Positions 8,201 through 17,606 of a stretch of 27,131 bases of DNA are shown in pieces. Made by a program: the position numbers and the translations under genes. The stretch is from a virus. Taxonomy: Duplodnaviria; Caudoviricetes. Position 1 is the stretch's first letter, and the number at the start of each line of letters is the position of its first letter. A model generated the notes under the pieces. That model saw only the letters and a list, made by a program, of their open reading frames with translations. It did not search any database and was not told the DNA's origin. Location: IMG/VR virus record IMGVR_UViG_3300012952_000103, positions 1-27,131 of that record; one strand, given 5' to 3'.

Positions 8201-11200
8201 TTAATAATGGAGATTTAGTAGAATATACTTTTGAAACCACAGCAATTACTGGATTATCATCTAGTAATCAATACTATGTTTCAAAAGTTGATAATGATTA
8301 TTTTAAATTATCTGATGCTGGAATTGGTGGTACGATAACATCAAATTTTGAAACAAAAAAATATGTAGACTTCACTTCTCAGGGTGAAGGATATCAATAT
8401 TTTAAATATCCAGATATCTCTGTTAATTTAACTTTCACTCCAGTTGGTGTAGGAACTACAACTCAAAATCAAACAGTTACCTTAACACCCATAGTCAGAG
8501 GTAGTATTATAGATTCTTATTTGTATGAATCTGGAACTGGATATGGATCTTCTACTATAAACTTTGAGAAAAAACCAATAGTCAGTATAAAGACTGGAGT
8601 AAATGCAGAATTAATTCCAAATATTGTTAATGGTACAATTGATAGTGTTCGGATTGAATATGGTGGAAAAGAATATTATTCTGAACCAGATCTTATAATT
8701 TCTGACTCTTCAAGTTCTGGAAGTGGAGCAAAACTTAGAGCTGTTATTTCTAATGGGAGAATAAGTGATGTAAAGGTTTTAACTACTGGTATTGGATATT
8801 CATCATCTTCAACATCTATTCAGGTAAAGTCTGCAGGTTCTAATGCTTTATTTGATTCTAATGTCAGACAATTAACTATTAATAATGTAGCAAGGTTTGG
8901 AAATGAACTTCTAACTCCAACAACCAATAATCTGAAATATTCTGTTGCCGGATATTCGGAAGATTATTTTAATATTCCACCAACTACTAATCCCGTTCAT
9001 TCTAAAATTATTGGATGGGCATATGATGGAAATCCGATTTATGGTCCTTATGGTTATTCTAATGCTGGTTTTTCTACAAATCCGGTTCTGTTAACATCTG
9101 GATATGCTTTAGATACATCAAATATTATCGATAGACCATCCGTAAGTGATTTTGAGGGAGGATTTTTCGTTGAAGATTATAAATTTACTGGTTCTGGAGA
9201 TTTGGATCAATATAATGGTAGATTTACAAAAACACCAGAATTTAAAGATGGTGTTTATGCATACTTTGCCTTAATTGATTCTTCTAGTAAAAATTCGGTA
9301 TTTCCATATTTTATAGGTAATAATTATAAATCTGATTATGTGGAAGATAATTCATTACTGAATCAGGAATTTGATTTTACAAGTTCGGATTTGATTAGAA
9401 ATACTTTCCCATATAATATAAATGATAAAAAATCAGACTATGAGTTTGTTTATGAAACAAGTGATCTTTCAAACCAAAAGATAGAAATTGAATCAGTAAC
9501 TGAAGGATCTGTAAATGGATTTAAAATTATAAACTCTGGTTTAAATTATAAAGTCAATGATTCTTTAAAATTTGATAAAGAAGGTGGATTATCCGCAGTC
9601 GTTTCTTCTATAGAAGGTAAAGAGATTGTTGATGTAAATACAAATATTTTATCTTACAATAATCCAATATTTACTTGGAATAATTCAAAAGAAGTTAAAG
9701 TAACTATATTACCGCATCATGATTTTATAGATGGTGATGTGATATCTATTTCTGGATTAACCACACAATCAATATTAAATAATACTTTTAATATTGGAGT
9801 ATCTACATATACTGCCAATCTTCAAACAAATATTCCTTCAGTTTCTTCTATAGGAACAACTGAAATTAGTGTTTCGAATATACCACCAGTTTCAGTTGGT
9901 AGTAGTATAGGTATAGGAACAGAGACGTTATCGATTTTAAATATTTACAGAAAAGATAAAATACTCACAGTTAAAAGAAGTCTTACTAATGTGGGACACT
10001 CTACGGGTGCTTCTATATCATTCACCCCAGATTCCTTTACAATTCCTGTAGAAACAAATTATTTTGATTCTAGAGTGAATGACAAAGCATATTTTAACCC
10101 TAAAAAATCAGTAGGATATGGAACAGAGGTAGGAGTTTCTACATCAGTAACATTTAATTTTGGAATAACAACTACCACTAGAGATATTCCTTCACAATCC
10201 ATATTTATTCCTAGCCATTCATTTACTAATAATCAAAAATTATTCATCACTAATCCAGGTGCTGTACTTTCAGTATCAACTACTAGTGATGGATCAGAAT
10301 TTAATTTACCAACAACTGTTTATGCTACTAATAAAGGAAAAGATCTTATTGGTATAAAGACGGGAATAGGAGTTTCCTTCTCTGAACTATTTTTCCGTGG
10401 AGGAGGATCAGACAATGATGAATATTTATTCGAAAGTGATTTTGAACAGGTAACTGGAAATGTAAAAAGACAAAAGACAACAGTTTCTGTTTCAACTGTG
10501 CATGGATTATCTAATGGTAATGTAGTTAACCTTACTGTTCAACCAAATCTTAATGTGGGCATTGGAACTGCTACAAAAATTAGAGTAAGAAGATATAATG
10601 AAAAATTAAGTTTAACTACTATTAAGCTTAATGAGAGTACTCAATCCTGGCATACTGGTACTTGCCCTATTTACACTCCAATTGGATTTCAAAAATGTGG
10701 TTTAATTAGCACTACTGATAATGTAATAAATGTCGTTTCTCATGAACTTAATACTGGAGATAAGTTATTGTATGAAGGAGTTTTTGGAGGATCACTAGAA
10801 CCTTTTGTCGATAATAGAGCATATTATGCAGTTAAAGTTGATGATAACACATTTAAATTATCAGAAACTTATAATGATAGTATTAAAAGTTCACCAGTTA
10901 CAATTAATTTTATAAGTTATGCTACTGGTGGCAATCCTAGTAATGCTGTAGAATTTAGAACTGTAAATCCACAAGTAAAAGTTATAAAGGGTAGTAATTT
11001 AGTATTTGATATTACAGATTCTACATTATCTGATTATAATTTAAAATTTTATACTGATAAAGAATTTGGGAATGAATTTGTTTCTACAGGTTCTACAACT
11101 AATTTTAATGTTGTTTCTACTGGTTCCTCAATACTTATTAATTATAGTGAAAATCTTCCGACTAAACTTTATTATAATGTAGAAAAATCTGGTTTTATTA

Positions 11201-14200
11201 GCACTACTGATACTGATGTTAAAAATTATAATGAAATTTTATATGTAGATAGTGTATATACTAATGATTATAAAATTTCAGGTATTGGTACTACTACTTT
11301 TGATGTGGTATTGGATAGAAAACCTGAAAGAGATTCATATACAAAAGAAGAATGTAATATTTTAAAGTATGACACATCATCAACTTCAGCAAAAGGTGGA
11401 GTTAGTAAAATTAGAATTATTTCTGGAGGTTCTGGATATAAAGAACTTCCCATTTTTACTGGTTCTGCTACTACGACAGGTCAAGATGCTTCTATTGTTA
11501 CAAAATCTAATAATATTGGTAATATAAAAGAAATAAGAATAATTAATAATGGATTCCAATATCCATCTGATAAAACATTACAACCTTCCGCTTACATTTC
11601 TCCATTATTAACAATTAAAAATGCCAATACTATTGGTATTGTTTCTGTGACTGATGGTGGAAAAGGATACACTGATCCACCATCAATATCTATTAGAAGT
11701 TTAAAAACTAAAGAAGTAATTAATAGTGGTTTTCTAAAAGCCTCTTTGACTGGTAGTTCCATTTCTTCTATTGATATTGTATCTGATCCAGAAGGATTAC
11801 CTGAATCTGGAGTAGAAGTCTTTGCTACTAATAATACTAATGGAATAAGTATTCTTAAAGTAGAATCTAATGAAAATACTGGTATATTTACATGTGTAAT
11901 TACAACACCTACGTTAGCTGATTCATTTAGACCATTTTCAGCTGGAGATAAAGTTTTTATAGAAGGTATTGTTGGTTATACTACAGATGGATCTGGATTT
12001 AATTCTTCCGATTATGACTATAAATTCTTAACTGTAGAAGAATATAATGTTGACAGCGTACCTCATAAAGTTAAAATAAATGTATCCGAACTAACAACTA
12101 ATACTGGTGTTGCTAAGACAATTCAAGACTCATTAGCAAATATTATTAATAAAGATGATTATCCAATATTCAATGCTACTTTAAAACAGGTTTCATTTTT
12201 AATTGGAGAAAAATTAACGGTTAATGGGGAAGATGTAGATTTATTCATTACTGATTATAAAAATAATTATATTAAAGTTAAAGGATCTTATGAATTATCA
12301 AAAAATGATGTTGTTATTGGAAATGAATCAGGATCCAAAGCAACTATAGAAAAGATTGAAGATAATTTAGGCAAATTTGGTGTAAATTATGCATCTCTTA
12401 AAAATATTGGATGGTCTAATGATACTGGAAAATTAAATGAAACTAGTCAAGTTGTACCTGATAATGATTATTATCAGAATCTTTCATATAGTGTTCAAAG
12501 TTCAATAGAATATAATGTTCAGAAGACTCCTGTAAATAGTTTACTTCATACAAGTGGATTGAAGAATTTTGCTGATACTGGTATAACTTCTTCAAAATCT
12601 GTTGGAATAGGTAACACAGATTCTACAATAATTATTCATGATGTTTTGGGTGATTTGAGAGTGGATACAGTTTATGGATTTGATTATGCCAAAGATGCTG
12701 ATGTTATTAATGGATCCACTAAATTTATAAACTTTAAAAATAGAAGATTAATTCCATATACAGAAGTAGATAGGAATAATGTTTTTGTGATAGATGATAT
12801 CAATTCACAATTTTCTAATTTGGTTGATCAGCAAAATCCATCCACTGAAGTAAGTATTTTTGAAATAAATCCTTCTTTCCAGTATTCGACATTTTTGGTA
12901 AGAGTTACAAATGCTTCTAATACTGAAATACAACTATCAGATTTGGTTGTTATTAAGGAAGGTGATACTAATCTTCTTTTAAATAAAGGAGAAATATCAA
13001 ATATTGGTAGTAGTTTAACTCATACATCAGAAACAAATTATGGTGAATTTTTAATTAAAACTGACGAATTTAATAATACTAATTTAATATTCGATCCAGT
13101 AGATCCGTATACACAAGATTACAATATTAAAGTAATTCAGAAAGAATATATTGGATCCACAGTAGGAATTGCTACAACTAATTTAGGAACACTAATTGAT
13201 ATCACAAATTCTACTCAGTTAGCATCTTCTGGAGTCACAACAAATATAATAGGAGTATCTACAACTAAATTTAATTCTTTAGTTGTTAATTCAAAAGTTA
13301 AAGATGTAGTAAGTAATGAAGTTAATTTTGTCGAATCTTTCATAACACATGATGGTGAAAATACTTATATTGCTGAGTCATATTATGATTCAACTGGTAA
13401 AGTGTTTAGTGGTGAGAATATAGGATCTTTTGGTGTTAATATTAATAATAATGTTATGAATTTAGAATTTTTAAATGATTCTAGTTCAAATAACATTCAA
13501 ATTAATTCGAGAATAGTTGGATTTGGAACTACAGCAGGATTTAGTAGTGCAGGTGAATACTTATTCAAATCTACAGGACAATCTAATCCAAGAGCAGTTC
13601 AATATTATAGTAATTATGCCGATAATAAAATTTCTAGTGGATTTGGATTAACTGTAACGGTTTATGGCACTAGCACTATCATAGATTCTGCAAAATCCAT
13701 AGTTCAAGTTTCTGTTGGTAGCACAAGGGCATTATATCAAGTAATGGTTGTTAAAGATGGTAGCGATAATCATCATATTCAACAATCACAATTGTTATTT
13801 ACTGATGATGAAAATAATACTGGTATAGGAACATTTGGAATAACAGGACAGATGTCATTAAATTATTATCCCGACTCCAGTTATACTTCCTATTATAATG
13901 AAGTTGTATCATATACTGAATTTTTATATACTGAAAATGATAAGGTAAATATTCCAAATGATTTAGTTTATGGAAATAGTGTAGACTCTACTTACATTAA
14001 AGACTATGCTGCCATTAATGGTGAAATAGGAAACAAAAAACAATTTACATTAACTACTAATAATATTCCACTATTTGCTAAGTCATTTAATCCTTCAGAT
14101 ACTACTACATTAAATGCCTCTACAGGAGTATTTAATATTGATAATCATTTCTTCAGAAATAATGAAGAATTAATCTATACTCCAAAATCCACTTTTGTTG

Positions 14201-17200
14201 GTGTTGGATCAACACCAATGCAATATAAGAATGGTAGTATTATTGATACTCTACCAAAATCAGTATTTGCCATTGTTCAAAATGATGATAGTTTCCAAAT
14301 TTCAACTACCAAAGCAGGAACAGCGGTAACATTTGTAGGTCTTGGTGAAGGAAATGCCCACCAATTTGAAATGGCAAAGAAAAATGAAAAATCATTGATT
14401 TCTATTGATAATGTTGTGCAATATCCTTTAATGTTTACTCCAGTCAACCATTCTTTGAGTGGTAATGGAGGTAGTATTAGCACAACTTCTACAGTTTTCT
14501 CTTTAAGTGGAATATCAACTATAGAAGCAAATGATATTTTGGCTATAGATGATGAATATGTAAAGGTTATAAATGTAGGGTTTGGTACAACTAACACTGG
14601 ACCAATAACTGGTATAGGAACTACAGCACTAGTTGAAGTTGAGAGAGGAATACTTGGCAGTATATCAACGTCTCATAGTGATACAACAGGGATTGCTACA
14701 ATTTATAAAGGATCTTATAATATTGTTGGAAATAATTTGTTCTTTGTTGATTCTCCTAGAGGTGATGCTAATCAAGATAAAAATATAATGAATTTAGATT
14801 CGCCAACATCTGAATTTGCAGGAAGAGTTTACTTTAGAAATAATTATAATAACAATAGGATTTATGATGATATTTCGGATAAATTTACGGGTATTGGAAG
14901 AACTTTCACGTTGAAAGTTGGTGGTGCTAATACCGCTTCTGGAATTGGATCTATTACCGGACAGTCTCAAAATGCTTTGATGTTTATAAATGGAGTTTTC
15001 CAAACTCCATCTACACTTAATAATCCAAGTAATAATTTTGAGATTATTACCGATACAACTGCAGGAATAAGCACAGTCATATTTAGTGGAATAACAGATA
15101 GTGATAGCGCCGATATTATTTCTTCAGAATCGGATATTAATCAAAATAATGTTCCAAGAGGTGGAGTAATTATATCATTAGGTTCTACTGGCGGATTGGG
15201 ATATGCTCCTCTTGTAGGTGCTTCTGTAACTTCCCATATTGGTGCTGGAGGATCATTTATTTCAGCAGGAATAGGAACCACAGATATACATGGTTCTGGT
15301 TATTATGGAGCAGTTGCCGTTGGAGTAACAGACTTCATTTATGACCATAGATTTGTTAGTTCTGGAGTAAATTCGATTACTGATAATAATGATAATAAGT
15401 ATACTGCCACAAATGCCACATATGATTCTCCTACAGGAACATTAGTGTTAACGATTGCTAATCATGGATTAACAGATTCCAATACAATTGGAATTGATAC
15501 AGGAGGAATAGTATTCTCTTGTTCTAAAGATAACTATTCTACTGAACATGCTTATCCAAGAGCGGTATCTAAAACCAAGCAAAGAAGAGGTGAAGTTGGT
15601 GGTGATCCTGCTTACAATCAACAACTAGCAATTCAAACATTTACAACTAATACTATTAGTGTTGGTGTTGGTTCTGGTGGTGGTGCTGGAAGTGGTGCTA
15701 ATATAACAGCTACTGTTGGAGTTGGTGGAACTTTAGCATTTGCTGTGGGTGCTGGTGGAACTGAATACGTCAATCCTGCAATTATAGTAGATTCTCCTTC
15801 TTATGAAAATCTTGATGTTTTGGGAGTTTCTAGAATAGGAATAGGATTAACAACTGATTCTGGAAGAGGTTTACAAATGTCAGTGGAAGTTGGAGGGGCT
15901 TCTACTACTGTTGGTGTTGGATCCACTCACTTTGAGGTTAAGAGTTTCAAGATAACTAGACCTGGATATGAATTTAGAAAAGGAGATAAGTTTACTCTCG
16001 TTGGATTAGTTACTGATGGAAGACTTTCAGAACCTTTAGAAGAATTTACTTTGGAAGTTCTTGATACTTATAGTGATAATTTTGGATTATGGCAATTTGG
16101 AGAATTGGATTACATTGATAATATTAAATCATATCAAGATGGTAGAACTAATTTCCCATTGTTATATAATGGAAATCCTTTAAGTTTTGAAGGACCTGAC
16201 GGAGTAAATATTGAGTTTGCAAATAATCTATTAGTTTTTGTTAATGGTGTTCTTCAACAACCAAATAAATCATATACCTTCAATGGTGGATCTTCTTTTG
16301 ACTTTATTGAAGCTCCAGATTCAAATGATAATATTGATATATTCTTCTATTTGGGCACCTCGGGAGATGATACAACCCCTATCACATTTATTAAAAAGGA
16401 AATGGAAAGGGGTGATGATATTCAAATTTCCGGTATTGGCACATTCCCTCAACAAAATAGAAGAACAATATTTGATTTATCATTCTCGGATAAAGTTGAA
16501 ACTAATTTATATTCCGAACAAGGTATTGATTCTCAAAATTATAGAATATCAAATTTAATTAAGCAAAAGAGAGATAAGAAAGTTAATGGAGAACTTGAAT
16601 CTAAAAAGAGAGAATCTATAGAAGGTCAAATATATCCAACAGCAAGGATAATTGGAGACGTTTCTTCAAGTGATGGTTCAATTTTTGTAGACAATGCATC
16701 TTTCTTTAAAGAGGATATTGAAGGTAAAACTTTTGATGCTTTAGTTGTATCTACAGGTTCAACAGATCCGGTATCAGCAGCATTAACTGCCACGGTTGGT
16801 GTTGGTGGAACAATTTCCGATTTGACTATTGTAAGTGGTGGATCTGGATATACTTCCACACCAACTATATCAATTTCTGCACCACCAGTGGTTGGTGTTG
16901 GTGTTGGTACTACAGCAACTGCTACAGTAACAGTTTCTGGTGGTAGTGTAAATGCAATTACAATTACTAATCCAGGTTTAGGATATACAATTGTAGCACC
17001 AAGAGTTCTTGTATCATCACCACCTTTAACTCAAAAAACAATAACTGGATTTAACACTGCTACTACTAAAGGATTCTCTGGAATTATTACTGGAATCGGC
17101 ACTACTACTTCAGGATCAAATTTAGCTCTAAAATTTCATTTACATTCATCAAGTGATGATATTGATAACTCATCAAATTCTATTGGGTCTGCTATACCAA

Positions 17201-17580
17201 TTTATATTTTTGATACTCGTATTGGAACTGGAGTCACTTCTATGGATATAAGTGGAGTTAGCACTGTTGGATTGGGAACTACTTTTATTGATAATATTTA
17301 CCATTCAGTAGGAGCACTTCATGTCACTAGCACTACAACAGGAATTATCACTTGTATGATTGAAAATAATACTTCAATAGTTGGATTAGCATCTACTGGT
17401 AATAAATTGAATCCAGTTGGAAGATTCTCTTGGGGCAAATTATCAGGTGGATCCATTACTGCAGGTATTTCAATTGGAGTTACAGGTCTTACTGTTGATG
17501 CTGGATTATCATCATTCCCAACAATTCAAAGAAGAGGTGGAGAAATTGGATATAGACAAACCGGAGCACTAGATGAATGA
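5293..17580 (+). CDS. gp7: Giant baseplate wedge initiator, gp7-like (4095 aa)
   Basis: Lies between gp6 and gp8. N-terminal QIP.F...FLEQYY and IKEARTFYEAKGTEESFRILF motifs, plus a later DNDYYQNLSYSV...LLHTSG motif. Many GxGY beta repeats and HxFxxGD..Y modules. Confidence 0.85.
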   Translation: MIQTGFESRVKIHDIIENQIPSFILDESPNASKFLEQYYISQEYQGGSVDIVENLDQYLKVDNLTPEVVVDNTTLTSEVNSTDTTINVSSTRGFPNQYGILKINDEIITYTGISANTFTGCIRGFCGITSYHQDLNEEELVFSTSDASSHSENTSIQNLSSLFLKEFYKKLKKTFTPGLEESVFVSEIDAGNFIKEARTFYEAKGTEESFRILFNILYGVTPRIINLEDYLIKPSSSNYVRREVVIADVISGDPLKLVGQTIVKTSDSTVSASISEVEPFTRNNKQYFKISLFLGYDDNIITNINFKVTPNTKCLEDVSSGSSILTVDSTIGFGQTGTIFSGTNRIDYTSKSINQFFGCQGIVSSIKATDNVRSDQTYFGYEDGDTSKKVELIITGSISDFIQISENLKVDEGDIIFVDNIGEVIKNPTTNKTYKELFTNSWIYNTRSSFGIEKSIGDNSFDVTTPIDRASLKKGDQVEILKRGSNDVELTAFVINDIADGSFRVVISGQFPIGVGTEYVFRRKLRTPSSNGAPLESANLFSDIQNVYNENNEFMYVASNSLPSIDLNPDPTKTSLYSYKIPTTIQSTSVVGLANSLSDKVTYTEIELGSVPFFTGEEVVYQPSGTPIVGLETGNYFVEKVSNSISNSNVRLYSSRSFIGGSDYITFKEPSGGVNVNDTLTLRSQNDNIIGSQKLLKKFPLSVNTEYSENKSTVPGGIGMLINGVEISNYKSVDNVYYGPLHSVNIINGGSGYDVINLPQVTVSNGLGVTALVQPVISGSFEKVSVDSQEFDIDKIVSIGVSGGNGSGAVFEASLAKRFRNIFFDARTTVSGGGINTVRETLTFLSDHSFDDGQEIIYNNQGNVSLGIGTLESSTETLINNGSYFVEVLNNRAIKLFNTKSDSLSGINTVGFTTSNKSGIHKFIPATPKTGIEDIKIIDGGSGYTNRKLIVKPSGISSNFDTVYFNDHNFNNGDLVEYTFETTAITGLSSSNQYYVSKVDNDYFKLSDAGIGGTITSNFETKKYVDFTSQGEGYQYFKYPDISVNLTFTPVGVGTTTQNQTVTLTPIVRGSIIDSYLYESGTGYGSSTINFEKKPIVSIKTGVNAELIPNIVNGTIDSVRIEYGGKEYYSEPDLIISDSSSSGSGAKLRAVISNGRISDVKVLTTGIGYSSSSTSIQVKSAGSNALFDSNVRQLTINNVARFGNELLTPTTNNLKYSVAGYSEDYFNIPPTTNPVHSKIIGWAYDGNPIYGPYGYSNAGFSTNPVLLTSGYALDTSNIIDRPSVSDFEGGFFVEDYKFTGSGDLDQYNGRFTKTPEFKDGVYAYFALIDSSSKNSVFPYFIGNNYKSDYVEDNSLLNQEFDFTSSDLIRNTFPYNINDKKSDYEFVYETSDLSNQKIEIESVTEGSVNGFKIINSGLNYKVNDSLKFDKEGGLSAVVSSIEGKEIVDVNTNILSYNNPIFTWNNSKEVKVTILPHHDFIDGDVISISGLTTQSILNNTFNIGVSTYTANLQTNIPSVSSIGTTEISVSNIPPVSVGSSIGIGTETLSILNIYRKDKILTVKRSLTNVGHSTGASISFTPDSFTIPVETNYFDSRVNDKAYFNPKKSVGYGTEVGVSTSVTFNFGITTTTRDIPSQSIFIPSHSFTNNQKLFITNPGAVLSVSTTSDGSEFNLPTTVYATNKGKDLIGIKTGIGVSFSELFFRGGGSDNDEYLFESDFEQVTGNVKRQKTTVSVSTVHGLSNGNVVNLTVQPNLNVGIGTATKIRVRRYNEKLSLTTIKLNESTQSWHTGTCPIYTPIGFQKCGLISTTDNVINVVSHELNTGDKLLYEGVFGGSLEPFVDNRAYYAVKVDDNTFKLSETYNDSIKSSPVTINFISYATGGNPSNAVEFRTVNPQVKVIKGSNLVFDITDSTLSDYNLKFYTDKEFGNEFVSTGSTTNFNVVSTGSSILINYSENLPTKLYYNVEKSGFISTTDTDVKNYNEILYVDSVYTNDYKISGIGTTTFDVVLDRKPERDSYTKEECNILKYDTSSTSAKGGVSKIRIISGGSGYKELPIFTGSATTTGQDASIVTKSNNIGNIKEIRIINNGFQYPSDKTLQPSAYISPLLTIKNANTIGIVSVTDGGKGYTDPPSISIRSLKTKEVINSGFLKASLTGSSISSIDIVSDPEGLPESGVEVFATNNTNGISILKVESNENTGIFTCVITTPTLADSFRPFSAGDKVFIEGIVGYTTDGSGFNSSDYDYKFLTVEEYNVDSVPHKVKINVSELTTNTGVAKTIQDSLANIINKDDYPIFNATLKQVSFLIGEKLTVNGEDVDLFITDYKNNYIKVKGSYELSKNDVVIGNESGSKATIEKIEDNLGKFGVNYASLKNIGWSNDTGKLNETSQVVPDNDYYQNLSYSVQSSIEYNVQKTPVNSLLHTSGLKNFADTGITSSKSVGIGNTDSTIIIHDVLGDLRVDTVYGFDYAKDADVINGSTKFINFKNRRLIPYTEVDRNNVFVIDDINSQFSNLVDQQNPSTEVSIFEINPSFQYSTFLVRVTNASNTEIQLSDLVVIKEGDTNLLLNKGEISNIGSSLTHTSETNYGEFLIKTDEFNNTNLIFDPVDPYTQDYNIKVIQKEYIGSTVGIATTNLGTLIDITNSTQLASSGVTTNIIGVSTTKFNSLVVNSKVKDVVSNEVNFVESFITHDGENTYIAESYYDSTGKVFSGENIGSFGVNINNNVMNLEFLNDSSSNNIQINSRIVGFGTTAGFSSAGEYLFKSTGQSNPRAVQYYSNYADNKISSGFGLTVTVYGTSTIIDSAKSIVQVSVGSTRALYQVMVVKDGSDNHHIQQSQLLFTDDENNTGIGTFGITGQMSLNYYPDSSYTSYYNEVVSYTEFLYTENDKVNIPNDLVYGNSVDSTYIKDYAAINGEIGNKKQFTLTTNNIPLFAKSFNPSDTTTLNASTGVFNIDNHFFRNNEELIYTPKSTFVGVGSTPMQYKNGSIIDTLPKSVFAIVQNDDSFQISTTKAGTAVTFVGLGEGNAHQFEMAKKNEKSLISIDNVVQYPLMFTPVNHSLSGNGGSISTTSTVFSLSGISTIEANDILAIDDEYVKVINVGFGTTNTGPITGIGTTALVEVERGILGSISTSHSDTTGIATIYKGSYNIVGNNLFFVDSPRGDANQDKNIMNLDSPTSEFAGRVYFRNNYNNNRIYDDISDKFTGIGRTFTLKVGGANTASGIGSITGQSQNALMFINGVFQTPSTLNNPSNNFEIITDTTAGISTVIFSGITDSDSADIISSESDINQNNVPRGGVIISLGSTGGLGYAPLVGASVTSHIGAGGSFISAGIGTTDIHGSGYYGAVAVGVTDFIYDHRFVSSGVNSITDNNDNKYTATNATYDSPTGTLVLTIANHGLTDSNTIGIDTGGIVFSCSKDNYSTEHAYPRAVSKTKQRRGEVGGDPAYNQQLAIQTFTTNTISVGVGSGGGAGSGANITATVGVGGTLAFAVGAGGTEYVNPAIIVDSPSYENLDVLGVSRIGIGLTTDSGRGLQMSVEVGGASTTVGVGSTHFEVKSFKITRPGYEFRKGDKFTLVGLVTDGRLSEPLEEFTLEVLDTYSDNFGLWQFGELDYIDNIKSYQDGRTNFPLLYNGNPLSFEGPDGVNIEFANNLLVFVNGVLQQPNKSYTFNGGSSFDFIEAPDSNDNIDIFFYLGTSGDDTTPITFIKKEMERGDDIQISGIGTFPQQNRRTIFDLSFSDKVETNLYSEQGIDSQNYRISNLIKQKRDKKVNGELESKKRESIEGQIYPTARIIGDVSSSDGSIFVDNASFFKEDIEGKTFDALVVSTGSTDPVSAALTATVGVGGTISDLTIVSGGSGYTSTPTISISAPPVVGVGVGTTATATVTVSGGSVNAITITNPGLGYTIVAPRVLVSSPPLTQKTITGFNTATTKGFSGIITGIGTTTSGSNLALKFHLHSSSDDIDNSSNSIGSAIPIYIFDTRIGTGVTSMDISGVSTVGLGTTFIDNIYHSVGALHVTSTTTGIITCMIENNTSIVGLASTGNKLNPVGRFSWGKLSGGSITAGISIGVTGLTVDAGLSSFPTIQRRGGEIGYRQTGALDE
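7214..7237 (+). repeat. Perfect 12-bp tandem duplication TAAGTAATTCGA x2 (in frame)
   Basis: 7214-7225 is identical to 7226-7237; encodes VSNSISNSN. Confidence 0.85.
10691..11212 (+). repeat. 30-bp dispersed direct repeat (28/30 identical) at 10691-10720 and 11183-11212
   Basis: AAAAATGTGGTTTAATTAGCACTACTGATA versus AAAAATCTGGTTTTATTAGCACTACTGATA, 492 bp apart in the same frame. Confidence 0.75.
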
Positions 17581-17581
17581 T

Positions 17582-17589
17582 TATAAATA
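17582..17589 (+). promoter_or_regulatory. T4-type late promoter TATAAATA
   Basis: Exact consensus in the 26-nt gap between gp7 and gp8. Confidence 0.85.
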
Positions 17590-17606
17590 TCTAAAAAACT
17601 AATAAT

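Noticed and set aside
10691-11212. Diversity-generating retroelement TR/VR pair
   Set aside because: The repeat is only 30 bp, the mismatches are not adenine-specific (one is G/C), and there is no reverse transcriptase in the window.
15655-16930. GGT/GTT-rich DNA repeats
   Set aside because: Explained by Gly/Val-rich protein motifs (VGVG, GSGGGAGSG), not an independent DNA element.
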